Shown here one piece after another: positions 57,306 through 64,000 of a DNA stretch of 64,000 nucleotides. A program made the translations under genes and the position numbers. The notes below the pieces were generated by a model, which searched no databases, was not told the DNA's origin, and was given only the letters and a program-made list of their open reading frames with translations. Within the stretch, counting starts at the first letter, position 1. Each line of letters begins with the position of its first letter. Source of the stretch: Gemmatimonadota bacterium (GTDB taxonomy: Bacteria > Gemmatimonadota > Gemmatimonadetes > Palauibacterales > Palauibacteraceae); contig OY762926.1 of assembly GCA_963666735.1 (NCBI GenBank), positions 736,001 to 800,000 on the forward strand, written 5' to 3'.

Positions 57306-58251
57306 ACCCGCGGGCGCGGTCGACGAGTTCGGCCGCGCCGGCCGCCAGCATGCGGCGTGCGAGGCGAAGGCCCACGTCTTCCGCCTCCGGGGCCGGGCCC
57401 TCCGCGGCATCGGCGACGGGCGCGCCACCCTCCACGTCGTAGACGGCCGCGCGCAGGCGGAGATCCTGCCCCTCCACCGACGCCCGGGCCGCAATCGGCA
57501 CGCGGCAGCCGCCTTCGAGCGCCGCGAGGAGTCCTCGTTCGGCGGTGACCTCGGCTCGGGCGACTGGATCGTCCAGCGCCCGGACGCGCGCGCCCACGCC
57601 GTCTTCAGCGGCGCGACACTGCACCGCGAGCGCACCCTGACCGGGGGCGGGCAGCCAGCCCTCGTTCATGGCGAACGCGCCGGCGGGCCACAGGCCCAGG
57701 CGCCGCAGCCCGGCCGCCGCCAGAACGAGGGCCTCGAAACGCCCCTCCTCCAGCTTTCGGAGCCGCGTGTCCACGTTGCCCCGGACCGGCCGGGGCTCGA
57801 GATCGGCCCGCGTCGCGCGCACCTGCGCCGCGCGGCGCAGCGATGACGTGCCCACGCGCGCGCCGGCGGGCAACCGCCGCAAGATCTCCGGTCCGCCGCC
57901 TTCCGCCACGGTGGAGACCCGGGAGTCCCGGACCACGAGCGCGTCGCGGGGGTCTTCGCGGAGCGGGATGGCGGCCAGCGAGAGTCCGGCGGGCGAGTCG
58001 ACCGGGAGGTCCTTGAGCGAGTGGACGGCGATGTCGATGCGGCCCCTTCGAAGGGCGCGCTCGAGGTCCTCCGTGAACAGGCCCTTGGCGCCGATGGCCG
58101 GGAGCGGCGTGTGAGGGTCGCGGTCTCCGCCGGTCGAAATGAAGCGGTAGTCGACGGAAAGACCGGGCCAGCGTTCCTCCAGCCGGTCTCCCACCCACGT
58201 CGCCTGCGCCCGGGAGAGCGGCGACCGCCGGGCCCCGATGACAAACTTCAA
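57295..58251 (-). CDS. hemC: Hydroxymethylbilane synthase (porphobilinogen deaminase)
   Basis: GARRSPLS..Q, KGLFT, AVHSLKDLP, GTSSLRR, RGNVDTRL, PAPGQGAL and LEGGC. TTG at 58251. Confidence 0.95.
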   Translation of the reverse strand: MKFVIGARRSPLSRAQATWVGDRLEERWPGLSVDYRFISTGGDRDPHTPLPAIGAKGLFTEDLERALRRGRIDIAVHSLKDLPVDSPAGLSLAAIPLREDPRDALVVRDSRVSTVAEGGGPEILRRLPAGARVGTSSLRRAAQVRATRADLEPRPVRGNVDTRLRKLEEGRFEALVLAAAGLRRLGLWPAGAFAMNEGWLPAPGQGALAVQCRAAEDGVGARVRALDDPVARAEVTAERGLLAALEGGCRVPIAARASVEGQDLRLRAAVYDVEGGAPVADAAEGPAPEAEDVGLRLARRMLAAGAAELVDRARGFSP

Positions 58252-58670
58252 CCGACCATGGAGGAGTAGGTCCCCCGCCCGACCGCGCAGAGGCGGCCCT
58301 TGTCGTCGTGCACGTCCACATCCGACACGGAGATGGTGCGTCCGTAGCGCCGGAGGCGGGCCGTGGCGCGCAGCCACGGACCGGTGCAGGGGCGCAGATA
58401 GTCGACCCGCAGCGAGATCGTGGGGACCCCGCCTCCCGCTCTCACCGCAACGGCCATGTCCCCCGCGATGTCGATCAGCGAGGCGACCGGACCGCCATGA
58501 TAGATCGTGCCGTCGCGGGTCAGCCCGGGCCGCATGATCATCCGAAGGACGACGGTGTCCTCGTCCTCGCTCATCTCCGCCAGGCTGACGCCGAGCGCGA
58601 CGATGGCCTCGGATCCGGCGAGTATCGACTCGACCAGGATCCAGGCGGGCGAAGCTCTGTTCGACTCCAC
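58248..58670 (-). CDS. PaaI-family hotdog thioesterase
   Basis: HGGPVASLID and TISLRVDYLRP. Confidence 0.88.
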   Translation of the reverse strand: MESNRASPAWILVESILAGSEAIVALGVSLAEMSEDEDTVVLRMIMRPGLTRDGTIYHGGPVASLIDIAGDMAVAVRAGGGVPTISLRVDYLRPCTGPWLRATARLRRYGRTISVSDVDVHDDKGRLCAVGRGTYSSMVG

Positions 58671-58680
58671 GCCGACTCGC

Positions 58681-60378
58681 CTACCGCGCGTAATAGAGGA
58701 GCAGGAAGAGTCCGAGCAGGATGGCGACCCAGATCACGGAGGTGCCGGTGGGCCAGGTGCGGGCGAGGACGCCGCTGGGGCCCATGTAGCGCCGCGCCGA
58801 GGCGATCGCGTCCCCGGCCGCGGACACGGTGCGCGCCGCCGCGGCGTCCCGCAGCCGCCACGCAACGTTCCCGACCGCGAGCGCGACGCCCCTGCCGAGG
58901 CGGCGGTAGAGCCAGTCCGCGTCGAGGTTCGCCGACCGCAACTCGTGCGGTTCGCGGTCCGACAGCCTCAGCCACACGAACGCCAGAACGGCGAAGAAGA
59001 GCAGCTGCAACTGGGTGATCACGTGCGCGCGGGTGAACGGCACGTACGCCACCTCGTACGGCAGGTTCGGATAGAGGAACAGCGTCGGGAACGACCCGTT
59101 GAAGACGCACAGGAAGGCGGCCATGCCCATCGCGATGAGCATGCTCGCCGGGGCCTCCTTCGTGCGGATGCCGGAATCGGGCCCGAAGAAGCCGTAGAAC
59201 GGGATCTTGATGCCCGCGTGGTGGAGCACGCCGGCGGATGCGAAGAGGAGGAAGAGCCAGACGATGTCGAGGTTCTGCTCCAGCGCGGCCGCCATCACCA
59301 TCGACTTGCTCACGAAGCCGCTGAACAGCGGGAAGGCCGAGATCGACGCGGCCCCGATCAGGCAGAGCGCCGCCGTCTTCGGCATGCTCTTGTAGAGTCC
59401 GCCCAGCTCGCTGCACTTCGTCGTGCCCGTGCGGTAGAGCAGCGCCCCCGTCGACATGAACAGGAGTCCCTTGAAGAGCACGTCGTTGAAGGCGTGCGCG
59501 ACCGCCCCGTTCACGGCCAATTCGGTGCCGATCCCGACGCCGCACACCATGAAGCCGATCTGGTTGATCATGCTGTAGCCGAGCACCCGGCGCAGATCGT
59601 TCTCGATCACGGCGTAGAAGATCGGGAACAGCGTCATGAGGACGCCGACGTAGATGAGCAGCTCCTCCCCCTGGTATCCCCGCGCCAGAGCGTAGACGGC
59701 GACCTTGGTCGTGAACGCGCTCAGGAAGACGGCGCCGCTGTACGTGGCCTCCGGATACGCGTCCGTGAGCCAGGTGTGCAGGAGGGGGAACGCCGCCTTG
59801 ATCCCGATCCCGAGCAGGATGAGGTTCGTGCCCAGCGTGCCGGTCTCCATGGGCCCGAAAGCGATGGACCCGGCCGCCCGCGCGTGGGCGATGATCCCTG
59901 CCAGGAGCACGACGCCCGACCCGACCTGCACGATGAGGTAGCGGATCCCCGCCCGGTAGGAACGTTCCGTGCCGCGCGCCCACACGAGGAAGACGGAACT
60001 CAGGGCCAGAAGCTCCCAGAAGACGAAGAGCGTGATCAGGTCGCCGGCCTGGACCGCCCCGGTCGCGGCGCCTGCGTAGACCAGTGCCGAGGCGTCCTCG
60101 AGCGCGCTTCCTCCGCGCCGGGCGAAGATGAGCCCGATGAGGGCGGCGATGTGGAAGAGCCATCCGAAGATCCGGCTCAGCCCGTCGATGCGGACGAGCG
60201 TGAGATCGTAGGAGAAGAACGAGACCTGCCCGAACTCTCCTTCGCCCAGCGCGAGGAGCGCGGCGAGGCTCGCGACGGGCAGGAGGAGCACCCACCCCGT
60301 ACGCGCGCGGCCGCGTAGCAGCGGAACGAAGAGCGCCCCGAGGATCATCACCGCGGCGGGAGGGAGGCTACCGATCAT
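58681..60378 (-). CDS. Mrp Na+/H+ antiporter, MrpA/D-type subunit
   Basis: FVFWELLA, LHTWLTDAYP, SAFTTK, HAFNDVLFKGLLFM and FPLFSGFVSK. Confidence 0.9.
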   Translation of the reverse strand: MIGSLPPAAVMILGALFVPLLRGRARTGWVLLLPVASLAALLALGEGEFGQVSFFSYDLTLVRIDGLSRIFGWLFHIAALIGLIFARRGGSALEDASALVYAGAATGAVQAGDLITLFVFWELLALSSVFLVWARGTERSYRAGIRYLIVQVGSGVVLLAGIIAHARAAGSIAFGPMETGTLGTNLILLGIGIKAAFPLLHTWLTDAYPEATYSGAVFLSAFTTKVAVYALARGYQGEELLIYVGVLMTLFPIFYAVIENDLRRVLGYSMINQIGFMVCGVGIGTELAVNGAVAHAFNDVLFKGLLFMSTGALLYRTGTTKCSELGGLYKSMPKTAALCLIGAASISAFPLFSGFVSKSMVMAAALEQNLDIVWLFLLFASAGVLHHAGIKIPFYGFFGPDSGIRTKEAPASMLIAMGMAAFLCVFNGSFPTLFLYPNLPYEVAYVPFTRAHVITQLQLLFFAVLAFVWLRLSDREPHELRSANLDADWLYRRLGRGVALAVGNVAWRLRDAAAARTVSAAGDAIASARRYMGPSGVLARTWPTGTSVIWVAILLGLFLLLYYAR

Positions 60379-60679
60379 AGTAGTCCTCGTCCCGCATCAC
60401 GCCCTTCCGGAGCAGCTTGGCGGTGTAAACGATCGCCGTGTAGGCGAGGAACCCGTAAGCGGCGTAGAAGGGCGGCAGTCCCTCCCAGTCGCGCTCGGGG
60501 TGGCGCAACTCGGACCATCCCATCCGCAGCTGCAGGAAGTTCACGAAGTCGAGCGCCAGCAGCACGCCGCACACCACGAACAGGATCGCAATCAGGCGCT
60601 TCCAGCGCTTCGGGTCGTCGAAGTAGTGCCTGCCCGAATCTTCCGGCCGTCCGCCCATGCCGTGCTTGTCAGAGGCCAT
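60368..60679 (-). CDS. Small two-TM membrane protein within Mrp operon
   Basis: HYFDDPK...PFYAAYGF...MRDEDYYD, sandwiched between two antiporter subunits. Confidence 0.75.
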   Translation of the reverse strand: MASDKHGMGGRPEDSGRHYFDDPKRWKRLIAILFVVCGVLLALDFVNFLQLRMGWSELRHPERDWEGLPPFYAAYGFLAYTAIVYTAKLLRKGVMRDEDYYDR

Positions 60680-60682
60680 GGC

Positions 60683-62146
60683 TTACCCTCCGCCCAGGGG
60701 AACGAGCAGGCGATACACGTCGTCCGCGAGGAAGAAGAGGACGATGCAGCCGACCGCCGTGAACGAGAGCGCAGCCACGCAGAATGCCGGCGCCTCCTTG
60801 AAGCGCGGCGGGTCCGACCCATCGGCGGGCTTCGAGAAGAACGCCCGGATGGGGATCGGGACGAGGTACGCGATGTTCAGCAGCGAACTGATCATGAGGA
60901 CGGCGACGAAGAGGATCTGCCCGGCGTCCAGCGCGCCGAGCGCGAGATACCACTTGCTCCAGCTCCCGCCGAGGGGCGGAACGCCGATGACGCTGAGGGC
61001 TCCGATGAGGAAGGCCGCCATCGTGATCGGCATGGCGCGGCCCAGCCCGCGCATGTCGCTGATCTCCGTCTTGTGCGCCGCGACGTAGATCGCCCCGGCG
61101 CAGAAGAAGAGGGTGATCTTGCCGAAGGCGTGCATCGCGATGTGCATGCTGCCGCCGACCACGCCCCAGGCGTTCGCGAGCGCCGCGCCGAGGACGATGT
61201 ACGAGAGCTGGCTCACCGTGGAGTAGGCGAGGCGCCGCTTGAGGTTGTCCTGCGCCATGGCGACGAGCGAGCCCGCGATGATCGTGAAGCCGGCGGCGTA
61301 CATGAGCCACTCGCTGGCCCCGGTCGTGGTCAGCAGATCGAGGCCGAAGACGTAGATGACGACCTTCATGATCGTGAACACGCCGGCCTTCACGACCGCG
61401 ACCGCGTGCAGGAGCGCGCTCACCGGCGTCGGCGCGACCATGGCGGCGGGCAGCCAGCGGTGCACCGGCATGAGGGCCGCCTTCCCCGTCCCGAAGACGA
61501 AGAGGGCGAGCAGGACGAGGAGGACGCCGTCGCTCGCCCGGCCGGCCAGGATCCCCCCGGCGCGGAAGTCGAGCGTGCCCGCAAGGACCCACGTCCACGC
61601 CACCGCGAGGAGAAGGAAGGCGACGGATGTCGTGACGAGGATCCCCAGGTACGTGCGGGCGCCCTTCATCGCCTTCCGCGTTCCGTGGTGCGAGACGAGC
61701 GGGTAGGTCGAGAGCGTCAGCACCTCGTAGAAGAGGAACAGCGTGAGCAGGTTGCCCGCGAGCGCCACCCCCATGGCGGCGCAGATGGAGACCGCGAAGC
61801 AGACGTAGAATCGCGTCTGGTGCGCCTCCCCGTGACCCCGCATGTAGCCGATCGAATAGAGCGAGGTGACGATCCAGAGGCCGGAGGCCACGAGGGCGAA
61901 GAGCATGCCGAGAGGCTCGAGCCGCAGCACCAGAGGGAGGCTGGGGAGCAGCCACACCAGCACGATGCCGGGGTTCGCCCCCGCGAGGACGTGGGGCAGG
62001 AGCGACGTGACGAACCCGAGGAGCGCGACGCCCGTGCCGAGCGTGACGGCTTCCCGAAGGTTGGGCCAGCGGCCGACGGTCGCGATGAGCACGGCGCCGG
62101 CGAGCGGAATCACCAGCGCCCAGTACATCGGAACCATGCCGCTCAC
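60683..62146 (-). CDS. Mrp antiporter MrpD/A-type subunit
   Basis: FLFYEVLT, HRWLPAAMVAPTPVSALLHAVAVVKAG, LAYSTVSQL and HAFGKITLF. GTG 62146 or ATG 62137. Confidence 0.9.
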   Translation of the reverse strand: MSGMVPMYWALVIPLAGAVLIATVGRWPNLREAVTLGTGVALLGFVTSLLPHVLAGANPGIVLVWLLPSLPLVLRLEPLGMLFALVASGLWIVTSLYSIGYMRGHGEAHQTRFYVCFAVSICAAMGVALAGNLLTLFLFYEVLTLSTYPLVSHHGTRKAMKGARTYLGILVTTSVAFLLLAVAWTWVLAGTLDFRAGGILAGRASDGVLLVLLALFVFGTGKAALMPVHRWLPAAMVAPTPVSALLHAVAVVKAGVFTIMKVVIYVFGLDLLTTTGASEWLMYAAGFTIIAGSLVAMAQDNLKRRLAYSTVSQLSYIVLGAALANAWGVVGGSMHIAMHAFGKITLFFCAGAIYVAAHKTEISDMRGLGRAMPITMAAFLIGALSVIGVPPLGGSWSKWYLALGALDAGQILFVAVLMISSLLNIAYLVPIPIRAFFSKPADGSDPPRFKEAPAFCVAALSFTAVGCIVLFFLADDVYRLLVPLGGG

Positions 62147-63633
62147 TGGAGCCCCCCGAGCACGGCCTCGGCGGCCTGTCGCGCGACGCCCGCCGAGTAC
62201 GTCGTGAAGATGCCGAAGAACACCGTCGCCCCCAGCAGCACCCAGGTCGGAATGAGCATGGCGAGCGGCGCCTCGCGCGCCTCGCGCGCCCGCTCGCTCG
62301 GTTCGCGGAAGAAGGCGGTCTCGACCACGCGCCACACGTAGACGAGCGCGAGGAGCGAACTGAGGAGCAGGAGGACGGCGACGACGAGGCTGTTCTGTTC
62401 GAGCGCCGCCTCGATGAGGTACCACTTGCTGATGAAGCCGGCCGTCGCCGGGACCCCGATGAGGCCGAGGCCTCCGAGGACCCATGCGGCCATCGTCCAC
62501 GGCATCGTGCGCCCGATCCCGGCCATGTCATCGAGGTCGACCGAGTGCAGCCGCAGCATCACGCACCCCATCGCCATGAAGAGCCCGCCCTTGATGAGCG
62601 CGTGGTTGAACAGGTGGACGATGCCGCCCGTGAGCCCCGCCGCAGTCGCGAAACTGATGCCGAGCACCATGTAGCCGACCTGCGCCACCGAGGAGTAGGC
62701 GAGCATGCGTTTCACGTTGCGCTGGAAGATCGCCACCGTGGAGGCCACGAAGATCCCGGCGAGGGCCAGCGGCATGAGCGCGCGGCCGAGTTCGAGATGC
62801 TCGAAGGAGAACTCGAGGCCGAACACGCTGAACATGAAGCGCAGCAGGATGTAGACCGAGACTTTCGTGGCGGTCGCCGCAATGAAGGCGCTCACCACCG
62901 ATGGCGCGTACGCGTAGGCGTTCGGGAGCCAGACGTGGAGCGGGAAAAGCGCCATCTTGAGGCCGATTCCCACGGTGAGGAACGCAAACGCGACGAGCGC
63001 CGTGCGGATCCCCTCGGCAGCCGGCAACCGGGCCGCCATGTCCGCCATGTTCAGCGTCCCGGTCATCTGGTACATGAGACCGATGCCGATGAGGATGAAC
63101 GTGGCTCCGATCGTGCCCATCACCAGGTACTGGAATGCCGCGGGCAGGGCCTGCCGGCGGCCTCCGAGCGCGATGAGGGCGTACGACGACAGCGCCGAGA
63201 TCTCGAGGAAGACGAAGACGTTGAACAGGTCTCCGGTGATCGCGATGCCGAGCAGCCCCGTGAGGCAGAGGAGATACAGGGTGCAGAAGAGATAGTGCCG
63301 GCTGGCCGGCACCTCGTCGGTGAGGCTGCGCGGCGCGTAGGTCAGGACGAGCGCGGCGACCCCGGACACGAAGAGCAGGACGAAGGCGCTGAGCGCGTCG
63401 ACCCGGTACTCGATCCCCCACGGCGCGGCCCATCCCCCCAGGGCGTAGCTGATGACGCCGGCCTCGAGCACGTCGCCGAGGAGGGCGGCGGAGACCAGGA
63501 AGGTGAGCCAGCACACGCCCATCGCGAACGGGAGAACCAGCGAGCGCCGCCGCAGGATGATGCAGAGGGGCGCCGCGAGAAGCGGGATCACGACCTGCAG
63601 GACCGGCAATTGCGCCTGGATCGCCTGGCTCAT
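62143..63633 (-). CDS. mrpD: Mrp antiporter subunit D
   Basis: GGWAAPWGIE, DLFNVFVFLEI, PLHVWLPNAY, KRMLAYSS and NHALIK. Confidence 0.92.
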   Translation of the reverse strand: MSQAIQAQLPVLQVVIPLLAAPLCIILRRRSLVLPFAMGVCWLTFLVSAALLGDVLEAGVISYALGGWAAPWGIEYRVDALSAFVLLFVSGVAALVLTYAPRSLTDEVPASRHYLFCTLYLLCLTGLLGIAITGDLFNVFVFLEISALSSYALIALGGRRQALPAAFQYLVMGTIGATFILIGIGLMYQMTGTLNMADMAARLPAAEGIRTALVAFAFLTVGIGLKMALFPLHVWLPNAYAYAPSVVSAFIAATATKVSVYILLRFMFSVFGLEFSFEHLELGRALMPLALAGIFVASTVAIFQRNVKRMLAYSSVAQVGYMVLGISFATAAGLTGGIVHLFNHALIKGGLFMAMGCVMLRLHSVDLDDMAGIGRTMPWTMAAWVLGGLGLIGVPATAGFISKWYLIEAALEQNSLVVAVLLLLSSLLALVYVWRVVETAFFREPSERAREAREAPLAMLIPTWVLLGATVFFGIFTTYSAGVARQAAEAVLGGLQ

Positions 63634-64000
63634 CGAGCCTCGTCCTGCTCGTAGATCTCATCCTCCTCGATCGTCTCGTACGCCTCCCGAATGCGCACGA
63701 CGAGCGAGAGCGCCACCGCGGTCGTCGCCACGCCCACGACGATCGCCGTCAGGATGAGCACGCTGGGGAGCGGGTTGCTGTAGACCTCGATCCCCTCGGC
63801 GACGGTCGGCGCCGTCCCCCCGCTCACCTTCCCGACGGTGATGTAGAGGAGGAAGACGGAGGTCTGGAAGATGTTGAGCCCGATGACCTTCTTGATGAGG
63901 TTGCCGCGCGAAATGACGATGTAGAAGCCCATCATCATCAGGAAGATGACGACCCAGTAGTTGTACAGGCCGAGCGCGGTGTCGAGGAAGCTCCCAGTCA
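63630..64000 (-). CDS. mrpC: Mrp antiporter subunit C (start codon at or just past window edge)
   Basis: NLIKKVIGL and NPLPSVLILTAIVVG. The frame is open to the window end (TGSFLDTALGLYNYWVVIFLMMMG). Confidence 0.9.
   Translation of the reverse strand, partial: TGSFLDTALGLYNYWVVIFLMMMGFYIVISRGNLIKKVIGLNIFQTSVFLLYITVGKVSGGTAPTVAEGIEVYSNPLPSVLILTAIVVGVATTAVALSLVVRIREAYETIEEDEIYEQDEAR

Overview
GC-rich, gene-dense chromosomal segment of a diderm bacterium. The 16S rRNA and gene content suggest Gemmatimonadota; this is an inference and needs 16S classification. No integrase, transposase or CRISPR array was seen. From left to right: (1) 1-20850, minus strand: a long, tightly coupled run era-trm112-like-rnr-prfB(+1 frameshift)-lysS-lolC/E-lolD-mcsA-mcsB-clpC-bamA-skp-lpxD-lpxC-fabZ-lpxA-gnnA-like-small membrane ORF-lpxB-DUF374. 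(2) 20963-22915: a solitary 16S rRNA gene with no 23S or 5S, preceded by tRNA-His and followed directly by era. (3) 23105-29989, plus strand: TM2 protein, chdC/hemQ and a hutH-ftcD-hutU-hutI operon; the HutH has an atypical specificity motif. (4) 30011-36811: a coupled five-gene operon encoding an NTT/TLC nucleotide transporter with HEAT and cNMP domains, a REC protein, a sensorless histidine kinase, a secreted atypical kinase-fold protein and a secreted Shewanella-like phosphatase. This is a candidate extracytoplasmic phosphorylation system. (5) tRNA-Pro and rdgB. (6) 37568-49157: an A-type cytochrome c oxidase operon preceded by a cupredoxin-like lipoprotein, three c-type cytochromes (one with an EbdC/NxrC-like domain) and an orphan, non-canonical cytochrome bd subunit I-like protein. 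(7) 49154-56323: a probable maturation cluster (radical SAM/SPASM, tandem-USP protein, ABC exporter, ferredoxin, Zn-ribbon protein, Mrp ATPase) in which a PCP_red-like domain occurs four times in three proteins. (8) HmuY-like protein, hemC, a hotdog thioesterase and a Mrp Na+/H+ antiporter operon with three MrpD/A-type subunits. Starts were re-called by hand where the ORF track over- or under-extends. All family calls are by motif recognition, without database searches.
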